Shown: positions 16,720 through 25,171 of the stretch, one piece after another | Layout of the letters: each line of letters opens with the position of its first letter | Position numbering within the stretch: the first letter of the stretch is position 1 | DNA from: Acaryochloris thomasi RCC1774 | GTDB taxonomy: Bacteria > Cyanobacteriota > Cyanobacteriia > Thermosynechococcales > Thermosynechococcaceae | Assembly (NCBI RefSeq): GCF_003231495.1 | Contig: NZ_PQWO01000001.1 | Location: forward strand, 480,001-512,000 | Length of the DNA: 32,000 nucleotides | Direction: 5' to 3' | Translations under genes and position numbers: made by a program | The notes under the pieces: model-generated | What the model was told of the DNA's origin: nothing | The model's database searches: none | What the model saw: the letters and a program-made list of their open reading frames with translations, nothing else

Positions 16720-17360
16720 TGGTGTGTTTTGGTTGTTGCACACAACTTGGAAGGTTGTTTTAAAAGCCTTGCCAAATATAGGCTTCAGAGTACAGACATT
16801 TTCATAGTTTCAACGAGAATGCTGGATTTCAGCCTTATGATTGAACGCTAACCTTCCAAGTCGTGTGTTGCAGTCTGCTCTCGTAGGAAGATTGTCAGTA
16901 TGAGCCTGGTATTTCTTTCCCCTCAAGCTTGCAGTGCAGAACGATCAAGCTCACGTTGGTGCTGTGATGCCTGCTCAGGAGTTGCAAGAAAAAGCTTTTG
17001 GGATAGGCAAAAGCGATAACGGCTCATGGATGGCTTATTTGAGCAGGTGGTGGAAGCAGATTTCCAAGATCTGAAAGAATAACCGAAGCAGACAAGGAAG
17101 AAGCGCATTGTCTGGGCTGAGTAAGGTTGCTAGAGTCAGCAGTATAAATTCGAGTAGTCCAAGAATAATGTCGAGCAGTAGGTAGAGCATGAGTCATCAG
17201 GATTCAAAACGACCCTTTGAGAATCGCTGATATGACGTAAACCCAGGGCTTCTGCACTGTACAACTTGTGTAAACGTACCGTAATAGTTTTGTACGAGAT
17301 TAAGATATCTGGCTTTGAGAACGTTAAATTAAGTCTATTGGTGCTGATTGAAACAAAATC

Positions 17361-19760
17361 ATGAACGATCTCAACCTTATCGCTACGCCTGAAGGAATTC
17401 GGCGGGCTGAGATTGCCCTGATAGAGATGCAGTTAACTAAGACCAAGTTGGCAGAGCGACTGGGATTAACTCGTCCACCAATAAGCAAGTTTTTCAATGG
17501 CAAGACGATTAGAAATGAGAACTTTGTGACGATTTGCAAGACATTAGGGCTTGACTGGCGGATCGTGTGCGGTCTGCAACAGATTGAGACAGTTACTGAT
17601 CAAGCAGCTCAAGCTCCTAAAGATGAAGATTCACTTGAGAAGATTATTCAGAATATTCGAGATGATATTCGGCCAAGAATCACAAGAAATCACGGGAAAA
17701 TAAAAGTTTTAAATCTTGAAAAGCCTATTGACTTAGATGATATCTATATCAGCATTAATATCCTGGAAAAGGTAACTAGACGTAAACAACTAGAATTCAT
17801 CGAAATAATGAGGAGAAAGCCATACGACGAAGTCAATCTAACATACGAAAACGTCGAAGTTATGATTCGACAGCCAATATATCCTGATGATGTCGATCGT
17901 TTCAGTCGTGGCCCAATTAAGGAGAAACACGTACCAATTTTAGATGCAGTTAGAGATTACAAGAATCTATTAGTTCTGGGAAAGCCTGGATCTGGAAAAA
18001 CAACTTTACTGAAGTATCTTGCAGTTCAGTGTATTAGAGCAGGAATTAAATCTCAATGCATTCCCATACTCATAACTTTAAAAGAATTTTCTGAAGCCAA
18101 GGGTCAGCCTAGCTTATTAGAATATATACGCCAAGATTTTCTAGATAAAGAGAGAAAATATCTCGAAAAGCTTCTAATCAACGGGAATATATTGATTCTA
18201 TTAGATGGATTAGATGAGGTTTATGTTTCTGATATATCTAGAGTGACGACAGAGATAAAGAAATTCTCAGAAAAATACATCGAGAATAGTTGCATAGTTA
18301 CCTGCCGTATTGCAGCAGAAGAACACAACCTAAACTTTATAGATATAGAAATTGATGATTTGGAAGATCCAGAGATTAAAGCTTTTGCCACGAAGTGGTT
18401 TTGCAGGAATAAGAGCAAAATCAATGCAGACGATTTTCTGAAGCAATTAAAGAGTAACTCGCAAATTCTAGAGCTTGCGAAAACTCCCAAACTATTAGCA
18501 TTGCTATGCTTGATTTTTGAAGATCTAGGCAAATTCCCACATGATCGCTCAAGACTATACCGTGATGCTGTCAAAACCCTAGTTAAGCAAGAGAAAAGGG
18601 AAAAAAATGGCAGCACACTTTATACAGAGCTTTCAATAGGACAGAAAGAAAAATTATTTAGCTATATTGCCTACGTATCATTCGTGGAAGAAAAATATTT
18701 TTTTGACGTTGACTATGCAAAAAAAATAATTAAAAAATTCCTCATAGAATCATCTGTGCCAAATTTAGACAGACTAGATATCGATAGGTTTATGAATTAT
18801 ATCCAAGCTCAGAATGGGTTAATTGTAGAACGCGCACATGAAGTATATTCATTTTCCCATCTGACTTTTCATGAGTATTTTGTCTCAAGAGAAATCGTCG
18901 AAAGCACTCACAGAGAATTATTATTACTTAATCTATCTCGAAAAATCTTAGAGAGTCGTTGGAAAGAAGTTATTTTGCTCGTTTCTGAAATGATCCCAGA
19001 GATAGACACTTTTTTACTGAATATTAAGCATGTAATTGATAACTCAATATCAGAGGATCAGGATATACAGAAGTTTGTTAAATGGATATATAAAAGAGCA
19101 AGTCATGAAAGTGATTTATATAAGAAAGCAGCGATCCGGGCTTTCTACTGGGGAACGGTAGGTTATGGTTGCTGTTACGCAGAAGAAATAGCTCATGCTT
19201 TTGAACTAAATTATTCTAGTTTTTCTAATTTAGACAGCATACTGATCTTCTTACTGCTTCGTTCAAAAAGTTTAGATACTCAGGGCTTGTGGGATCTTTG
19301 GGCTGAAACTAACCTTTTCGATTATAACCGTGCTGCTTGGTCCAGGGAGTTAATTCAAGCTATTGATGTAGCCCTTTCACTTTTGTATGACCTTGATTAT
19401 TCTGTATGGAGTGCTTTGCAAAAACTTAGAGAAAATCTAACTGAATTTGAATCGTCAGATAGCGATACAGTATGGGATGAGTGGTGGCAAAGCAATGGTT
19501 CGAGTTGGGTATCTAAATTGAATGTAGCTCTGACTTCATATCTTGAAGCTGATATCTATGGAATTCATAGTGGTTTTAATAATGCCCAAACAAATTCCAT
19601 AATTAAATACTTGGAGGCTAATGCGATCCTTGTTGCTTGTTTAAAAAAATCGTCCGATACTAATTCTACAGTTCGAGAAGAAATTGAAAATACACTGCTG
19701 CTACCTATTATCGAGATTAAAAGCTATAAATCATTCAAGAAGAAAGATATAAAACAGTAA
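17361..19760 (+). CDS. HTH-NACHT STAND NTPase with uncharacterised C-terminal helical region (799 aa)
   Basis: N-terminal XRE-like HTH: LTKTKLAERLGLTRPPISKFFNGKTIRNENFVTICKTLGLDW. Walker A is LLVLGKPGSGKTTLL (about aa 203-217) and Walker B is ILILLDGLDEV (about aa 277-287). CIVTCR and the winged-helix signature FSHLTFHEYF are typical of NACHT modules. The C-terminal 280 aa or so show no WD40, TPR or other repeat I can recognise. Confidence 0.88.
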   Translation: MNDLNLIATPEGIRRAEIALIEMQLTKTKLAERLGLTRPPISKFFNGKTIRNENFVTICKTLGLDWRIVCGLQQIETVTDQAAQAPKDEDSLEKIIQNIRDDIRPRITRNHGKIKVLNLEKPIDLDDIYISINILEKVTRRKQLEFIEIMRRKPYDEVNLTYENVEVMIRQPIYPDDVDRFSRGPIKEKHVPILDAVRDYKNLLVLGKPGSGKTTLLKYLAVQCIRAGIKSQCIPILITLKEFSEAKGQPSLLEYIRQDFLDKERKYLEKLLINGNILILLDGLDEVYVSDISRVTTEIKKFSEKYIENSCIVTCRIAAEEHNLNFIDIEIDDLEDPEIKAFATKWFCRNKSKINADDFLKQLKSNSQILELAKTPKLLALLCLIFEDLGKFPHDRSRLYRDAVKTLVKQEKREKNGSTLYTELSIGQKEKLFSYIAYVSFVEEKYFFDVDYAKKIIKKFLIESSVPNLDRLDIDRFMNYIQAQNGLIVERAHEVYSFSHLTFHEYFVSREIVESTHRELLLLNLSRKILESRWKEVILLVSEMIPEIDTFLLNIKHVIDNSISEDQDIQKFVKWIYKRASHESDLYKKAAIRAFYWGTVGYGCCYAEEIAHAFELNYSSFSNLDSILIFLLLRSKSLDTQGLWDLWAETNLFDYNRAAWSRELIQAIDVALSLLYDLDYSVWSALQKLRENLTEFESSDSDTVWDEWWQSNGSSWVSKLNVALTSYLEADIYGIHSGFNNAQTNSIIKYLEANAILVACLKKSSDTNSTVREEIENTLLLPIIEIKSYKSFKKKDIKQ

Positions 19761-19782
19761 GCTCATTAAAATCTATAAAATC

Positions 19783-20073
19783 ATGAGAAGAGAACAAGTC
19801 ATTAACATCCTGAAGCAATATGAACAGAATATCAAGGACTTCGGCATTAGATCTGTTTCTGTTTTCGGTTCGGTAGCCCGCGATGAAGCTCATCTAGATA
19901 GTGATATTGATATCCTTGTTGACTTTTTAGAAGCACCTACCTTTGATCGCTATATGGATCTTAAGTTTTACCTCGAAGACTGCTTTGGACAAAGTGTTGA
20001 CTTAGTGAGCTACAAAATGCTGAAGCCTCAAATTCGGCAAGCTGTCGAGAAGGAAGCCATTCGTGTCGCGTAG
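19783..20073 (+). CDS. mntA: MntA-type nucleotidyltransferase antitoxin (96 aa)
   Basis: Minimal NTase motif GSVARDEAHLDSDIDILV (GSxxR...DxD). It lies 22 nt downstream of the NACHT gene and overlaps the next gene by 11 nt. Confidence 0.88.
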   Translation: MRREQVINILKQYEQNIKDFGIRSVSVFGSVARDEAHLDSDIDILVDFLEAPTFDRYMDLKFYLEDCFGQSVDLVSYKMLKPQIRQAVEKEAIRVA

Positions 20074-20401
20074 TGTTCAGCTTTACCTTGAAGATATTTG
20101 CGCAAGTTGCACTAAAGTACAGCGCTACACTCTAAATATGACTTTTGAAGGCTTTATAGAAGACGAACGGACTTATGATGCAGTTGTTCGCAACTTACAA
20201 ATTATCGGCGAAGCCGTCAAGAAAATTCCTCCTGATATTCGCGAACAGTATCCAACCGTGGAGTGGAGGAAGATTGCTGGTCTTCGCGATATTTTAGCCC
20301 ATGCCTACTTTAGTCTTGAAGACGAGACACTTTGGGATGTTGTGCTGAATAAAGTACCAGAACTATTCGAGCAAATTCAGCTCGTTATCCAAGAAAATTA
20401 A
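20063..20401 (+). CDS. hepT: HepT-type HEPN (DUF86) RNase toxin (112 aa)
   Basis: The HEPN Rx4H motif occurs in AGLRDILAHAY, together with IIGEAVKKIP. GTG start at 20063. This is the classic MNT-HEPN gene order and size. Confidence 0.88.
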   Translation: MSRSVQLYLEDICASCTKVQRYTLNMTFEGFIEDERTYDAVVRNLQIIGEAVKKIPPDIREQYPTVEWRKIAGLRDILAHAYFSLEDETLWDVVLNKVPELFEQIQLVIQEN

Positions 20402-20424
20402 ACAACAGATAATCTTGAGGTGAT

Positions 20425-22257
20425 CTAAAACGCCGAATAGGTTGAGATCGCATCCCCCAGTTTCTCCAGCACTTCAGCCATCGGCATCGCCCCTAACTCA
20501 CCCGACACTCGAGTCCGAATATTAAGGCTGTCGGCTTCCACCTCCTTGTCGCCAATCACCGACATCACCGGAATCTTCGCTTTCTCCGCATTACGGATCT
20601 TCTTGCCCAAGCGTTCGCCGGACGTATCCACCTGCGCTCGAATCCCCTGCGCCTGCATTTGCTCCACAGCTTTCTGAGCAAAGGGCAAGTGAACCTCACT
20701 CACCGTTAGCAAACGTACCTGCTCAGGCGCTAGCCACAGCGGAAAGTCCCCAGCATACTCTTCAATCAGAATGCCGATTAAACGCTCTAAAGAACCGAAA
20801 GGCGCACGATGAATCATGATCGGACGGCTGCGATCGCCCTCTGCATTCACGTACTCCAGCTCAAACCGCTCCGGTAGGTTATAGTCCACCTGCACGGTAC
20901 CGAGCTGCCACTCGCGATCCAAAACATCCTGGAAGATAAAGTCCAGCTTGGGGCCGTAGAAAGCGGCTTCACCAATGCCCTCAAAGTAATCCATCCCCAG
21001 CGTTTCTACTGCGCGGCGGATCGCATTTTGAGACTTCTCCCAGGCTTCATCGGAGCCAATATATTTGTCTGACTCTGGATCTCGAAAGCTCAGTCGGGCC
21101 TTAAAGTTCTTAAGCTGCAGCTTATCGAACACCGACAGAATTAGATCAACGACTTTGAGAAATTCATCATCCAGCTGATCGGGCGTGACAAAGAGGTGCG
21201 AGTCATCAACGGTGAAGCCGCGCACTCTCGTGAGGCCGCCCAGCTCACCGGACTGCTCATAGCGATAGACCGTGCCGAATTCTGCCAGCCGAATCGGCAG
21301 ATCTCGATAGGAACGCAGTTCATTTTTATAGATTTGAATGTGGAATGGGCAGTTCATGGGCTTCATGACAAAGCCATGTTCTGAGGCGCGATCCTCGTCG
21401 TTCTCGCTCATGAGCGGGAACATATCTTCTTGATAGTTTTGCCAGTGACCCGAGATTTTGAACAGGTCCACGCGGGCAATATGGGGCGTCACCACCGGGA
21501 GGTAGCCGCGTTTTGTTTGTTCGCCCTTGAGAAAGTCTTCGAGTTGCGATCGCAACACAGTCCCCTTCGGAGTCCACAGCGGTAGTCCTGCCCCCACTAA
21601 ATCAGAAAAGATAAACAGCCCTAGCTCTTTACCCACCTTGCGGTGATCGCGGCGGGCTGCTTCTTCTTTACGCCGCTTGTGCTCGGTTAACTGCTCAGGT
21701 GTTTCCCAAGCTGTGCCATAGATGCGCTGCAGTTGAGCCTTGGTTTCATCACCTCTCCAGTAGGCTCCCGCTACACTTTCGAGAGCGATCGCCCTTGGGT
21801 TGAGATCGCCTGTACTTTCCACATGGGGACCGGCACACAAATCCCACCACTGATCGCCCAGATGATAGAGCGTGATCGGTTCCTGTAAATCAGCGAGGAT
21901 TTCTAGTTTGTAAGGTTCCTCTAGAGCCTTGATGCGGGTCTCAGCTTCTTCGCGGCTCACCTCTTCTCGAATCACCGGCAGCTTCTTCTTGATGATCTTC
22001 ACCATCTCTTTCTTGATCGCCTTGAGATCTTTTTCGGTAAAGGCTGCAGAGGTATCGAAGTCGTAGTAAAAACCATTCTCGATCCAGGGGCCAATCGTCA
22101 CCTGCGTCCCGGGGAACAGCTTTTGCACCGCCATCGCCATCACGTGCGAGGTCGTATGGCGGATCTTTTTGAGATCGTCTGACTCACTGGTGCGAGGCAG
22201 ATGGATTTTTTCAGGCTGTTGCTCGGTTTGCTCTGCAGCGGACATGGGCGGCGTCAC
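20425..22257 (-). CDS. thrS: Threonine--tRNA ligase (610 aa)
   Basis: Class II aaRS motifs and a ThrRS-specific core: HTTSHVMA, FVMKPMNCPFH, LAEFGTVYRYE, and a C-terminal anticodon-binding domain. GTG start at 22257, with an alternative ATG at 22245. Confidence 0.95.
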   Translation of the reverse strand: MTPPMSAAEQTEQQPEKIHLPRTSESDDLKKIRHTTSHVMAMAVQKLFPGTQVTIGPWIENGFYYDFDTSAAFTEKDLKAIKKEMVKIIKKKLPVIREEVSREEAETRIKALEEPYKLEILADLQEPITLYHLGDQWWDLCAGPHVESTGDLNPRAIALESVAGAYWRGDETKAQLQRIYGTAWETPEQLTEHKRRKEEAARRDHRKVGKELGLFIFSDLVGAGLPLWTPKGTVLRSQLEDFLKGEQTKRGYLPVVTPHIARVDLFKISGHWQNYQEDMFPLMSENDEDRASEHGFVMKPMNCPFHIQIYKNELRSYRDLPIRLAEFGTVYRYEQSGELGGLTRVRGFTVDDSHLFVTPDQLDDEFLKVVDLILSVFDKLQLKNFKARLSFRDPESDKYIGSDEAWEKSQNAIRRAVETLGMDYFEGIGEAAFYGPKLDFIFQDVLDREWQLGTVQVDYNLPERFELEYVNAEGDRSRPIMIHRAPFGSLERLIGILIEEYAGDFPLWLAPEQVRLLTVSEVHLPFAQKAVEQMQAQGIRAQVDTSGERLGKKIRNAEKAKIPVMSVIGDKEVEADSLNIRTRVSGELGAMPMAEVLEKLGDAISTYSAF

Positions 22258-22562
22258 TTAGACCTATCTCAGGGAACCGTTCTATCTTATCGAACCTGCT
22301 GAGCTTTATACCTACGAACATTTATCAGTACCTCCACCTGGGTGGAACAACTTAGAAAATTGTTTCAAGGCTGACGGGTCTCGCAGAGAATCATTGGCGT
22401 GTGTACAACTCAGCTCAACACCTTTCCCTTACTAATCCTGTCTCGATAAAGCCGGTATTGGATAAGCAATGTCCACAGCACAAAATCTTAGCCATGCGTT
22501 GCATATCTTCTGAACAACCAGAGCAATGTGTACTCGTACGTGATCGTCAATGGGAGTTTCAT

Positions 22563-23144
22563 ATGCTTATTTCCACATTTGAACTACTGCTCAAATCTCA
22601 ATTACCTGAACCTCCTAAGGGTGTTCCAATCGATCCAAAACTAGAAAAGCTAGGAAGAAAGATAATCCAGGGTTATTTTCTCACATTAGCAAATACGAAT
22701 AGTTTCAAGATCGAGCTAGAAGTCATCTTTACTCTTAAACTGCCAAAAGGATTAGGAATCGAAAAATTTATCACCTTTGTCGATCCTGTTGGAAACAGCA
22801 AAGATATGGCAGGAAGGATAGCTCCTATACAGAACGAAAAAGATCGCTATAAAACTGATAAGTTATCCCTAGCCTCGGGAGACACTATTCTTCTTATCTT
22901 GCAGCCTGATTTTATCAAGGATATGGATCTTCTTACTAAAGCTAACTTCGAGGCAAGAGGCTACGCAGAGCTGCGTCTTGCATCTGATAATACTCCTACA
23001 GGGAGGGCTGATGTTTTGGTCTCTGCCGAGCATCGAGGAACATTTTTCAGAAGTCTAGAAGACGGGAAAGATCTTGATATTGGTCAACTTTCCTACGGTT
23101 TAGCCGTGCAGAATAGTGGCCTTTTAACTCTCAAGACTCAGTAA
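22563..23144 (+). CDS. Hypothetical protein (193 aa), no recognisable family
   Basis: The ATG at 22563 is preceded by GGGAG (22552-22556). The upstream part of track ORF 22401..23144 lacks an SD and looks non-coding. GC is lower than in its neighbours. It lies 22 nt upstream of the next gene. Confidence 0.55.
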   Translation: MLISTFELLLKSQLPEPPKGVPIDPKLEKLGRKIIQGYFLTLANTNSFKIELEVIFTLKLPKGLGIEKFITFVDPVGNSKDMAGRIAPIQNEKDRYKTDKLSLASGDTILLILQPDFIKDMDLLTKANFEARGYAELRLASDNTPTGRADVLVSAEHRGTFFRSLEDGKDLDIGQLSYGLAVQNSGLLTLKTQ

Positions 23145-23166
23145 AAACAAGCTCAGGGGAACTCTC

Positions 23167-24102
23167 ATGCCTAACTTTCGCCCAATTTCTAATAGCTGGG
23201 TTGCACGACACCCCAGCCCTAAAGGGGTCATTCAATTTATTGGAGGAACACTGGTTGGGAGTTACCCTACTTGGTTCTATAAGAGCTTACTGCAGGATTT
23301 ATTTGACCAGGAATATACAATCGTTGCCCTACCATTTCGCTTTACCTTTCGACACTGGTCGGTTGCCTTAAGCTTACTCAAAGAGCAGCAAGCAATACGT
23401 CAAGAACTCTGCAAAATCAGTCAATCTGCTGGAGTCTCTGATCAGACAATCGAGCTATATCAAGACCGGACCCAATATAGTTGGGTCGGCCACAGCTTAG
23501 GATGCAAGTATATTGCACTACTAGAATTGCTCATTGAGTGGCAACGCGATCCCCAACATCTCCAAAAATGCATCAATAAACTCACAGCAAATCCGGGTTC
23601 TCAGATCGCACAAATTAAGACAGGCTACCGCTCTTTGATTGAATCAGCGGCTCAAGCCGATGATCAACCTGTAGAGACAATTATCGATCAAGTTTCTATA
23701 CTGCTGGCTCCAGTCATCAGTGACACGAAAGATGCGATTCCGCTTCCCTTTCTACCTCAACTTATTGATGGGCTTGGATTGGGGGCTACACCCACTCAAG
23801 AAGAGACCCTAAAACTGATTGGCGACAACAGCTTATTCAACCTCACTGGATTGATTGATTTTCAGGCCGATACTTGTGCAGGCAATCGTAACAGCAAAGA
23901 CAAGAATCCAAAAACGGTACCTGCTCTACTTTCGATTCTGCAAGATAACAAACCGTTAACATCAAAAAACGTTCTTGCAGGAGGGCACGGTCGGCCTTGG
24001 TCGCCTAAAACAAAGGAGATTGCTGAAATTGTTGTCGCTCAAATTCAAACACTCCGTGCCAAAGCTGAAGCTAAAGAGGTACTCACTTCCTCGGCACCTT
24101 AG
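23167..24102 (+). CDS. DUF1350-like alpha/beta hydrolase-fold protein (311 aa)
   Basis: The N-terminal pattern PKGVIQFIGGTLVGSYPTWFYKSLLQDL...IVALPF and the nucleophile-elbow-like GHSLG resemble the cyanobacterial/plant DUF1350 family (assignment from memory). SD AGGGGA lies upstream of the ATG at 23167. Confidence 0.7.
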   Translation: MPNFRPISNSWVARHPSPKGVIQFIGGTLVGSYPTWFYKSLLQDLFDQEYTIVALPFRFTFRHWSVALSLLKEQQAIRQELCKISQSAGVSDQTIELYQDRTQYSWVGHSLGCKYIALLELLIEWQRDPQHLQKCINKLTANPGSQIAQIKTGYRSLIESAAQADDQPVETIIDQVSILLAPVISDTKDAIPLPFLPQLIDGLGLGATPTQEETLKLIGDNSLFNLTGLIDFQADTCAGNRNSKDKNPKTVPALLSILQDNKPLTSKNVLAGGHGRPWSPKTKEIAEIVVAQIQTLRAKAEAKEVLTSSAP

Positions 24103-24180
24103 ACTCACCCCCTTGTATTCCGTTACAATCGCCCAGGAATTCTCTAATAGTGAATAACTGTGCTCTCATCTCCCAGCTCA

Positions 24181-24894
24181 ATGCCTCACACCATTTTTCT
24201 TGATGCCGTTGGTACGCTATTTGGCATCCGAGGGACCGTTGGTGAAATCTATGGTCGATTTGCTGCTGAGGCCGGAGTGCAGGTCAATGCACAACAACTC
24301 AATCAGGCTTTTATCGAGAGCTTCTTAGCCGCACCGCGAGCCGCATTCCCTGGAGTAAAGCCAGCAGAGATTCCGGCTCGTGAGTTTGCTTGGTGGCAGG
24401 CAGTCGCAGATCAAAGCTTTACGAAGGTGGGTGTCATTGATCAGTTTGCTAACTTTGATGATTTCTTCAAAGTTCTATTTGATCACTTTGCTAAGCCCGA
24501 TCCCTGGATTGTTTATCCCGAAGTTCTGCAAACGCTGCAGCAGTGGAAGCGGCAGGGGATTGAGCTGGGCGTCATTTCTAATTTCGATACTCGGCTGCAT
24601 TCCGTTCTAGACGTCCTAGGCTTGGCTCAGTTCTTCACGTCTGTGACGATCTCTACGGCGGTGGGAGCAGCAAAACCTCAGGCGGATATTTTTGAAGTTG
24701 CGATCGCAAAACACAAATGCAGCCCTGAACAAGCCATCCACATTGGCGATAGTTGGTCAGAAGACTATCAAGGGGCCAAAGCTGCGGGTCTGCAGGCCGT
24801 TTGGCTCTACCGTAAAGAAGACTCCATTGAGCCTGAGCGGTCATCGGCAGACAGCATCAAAAGTCTAGCGGAACTGCAGTTTAGCTCTGATTAG
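24181..24894 (+). CDS. HAD-superfamily hydrolase, subfamily IA (REG-2-like, 237 aa)
   Basis: The ATG at 24181 gives MPHTIFLDAVGTLF (motif I, DxVGT variant). It also has GVISNFD and HIGDSWSEDYQGAKAAG. Confidence 0.82.
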   Translation: MPHTIFLDAVGTLFGIRGTVGEIYGRFAAEAGVQVNAQQLNQAFIESFLAAPRAAFPGVKPAEIPAREFAWWQAVADQSFTKVGVIDQFANFDDFFKVLFDHFAKPDPWIVYPEVLQTLQQWKRQGIELGVISNFDTRLHSVLDVLGLAQFFTSVTISTAVGAAKPQADIFEVAIAKHKCSPEQAIHIGDSWSEDYQGAKAAGLQAVWLYRKEDSIEPERSSADSIKSLAELQFSSD

Positions 24895-25078
24895 CCCGCC
24901 AAGCTAAAGCCACAGACATAATCACGGTAGGACTCAGCACAAGCGCCAAAGCCACGCTACTGGTTGCCGGAAGAGGCAGCAGCGGTCCCAGATACCTAAT
25001 CGCCACTGAAATTACGGCTGACAGAACCAAAATCTTGACCAGAAAAATCCAAAGATTAGCGGTGGCGTTAGTCGTCAT
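24881..25078 (-). CDS. Possible small two-TM membrane protein (65 aa)
   Basis: Two clear hydrophobic segments. It overlaps the HAD gene 3' end by 14 nt in convergent orientation. No family is recognised, so this call rests on the ORF alone. Confidence 0.35.
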   Translation of the reverse strand: MTTNATANLWIFLVKILVLSAVISVAIRYLGPLLPLPATSSVALALVLSPTVIMSVALAWRANQS

Positions 25079-25171
25079 AATTTACGTTCTTGACTGAATC
25101 CCCCACAGGGGATCGGGACCGGGGCAGAAAACCCTAAAATCATTGTAGTCGCCTGGGCCGATCCGCAAACT

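Larger units (their letters stand above)
16720..20424. mobile_element. Putative horizontally acquired island between the two thrS 3'-end copies (no recombinase detected)
   Basis: It is bounded by direct, diverged thrS-terminus repeats. Hand GC counts on sample lines give about 23-35% in the NACHT gene against about 55% in the flanking thrS. The cargo is a STAND NTPase plus a MntA/HepT pair. Confidence 0.6.

Noticed and set aside
16510-16743. The 77-aa ORF (MCNNQNTPQVNTSGERLGKK...) as a functional small gene.
   Set aside because: Only residues from about QVNTSG onward are homologous to ThrRS. The N-terminal residues and the ATG lie in unrelated junction sequence. I interpret it as a displaced gene fragment and annotated it as a pseudogene.
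16720-17360. I searched the left end of the island for an integrase or recombinase gene or remnant. Candidates were track ORF 16923..17108 and shorter minus-strand ORFs such as MLYLLLDIILGLLEF...
   Set aside because: The ORFs are short, and none shows a tyrosine or serine recombinase motif or any other family signature. I cannot support a gene call, so the region is left unannotated.
16537-20829. No HIP1 (GCGATCGC) site anywhere in the thrS-linked island, which I first took as independent evidence of foreign origin.
   Set aside because: HIP1-free gaps of similar length occur elsewhere in the window, for example 1369-5448, 6154-10918 and 26756-31503. The absence is therefore not statistically meaningful here, and the island call rests on the thrS repeats and AT-richness instead.
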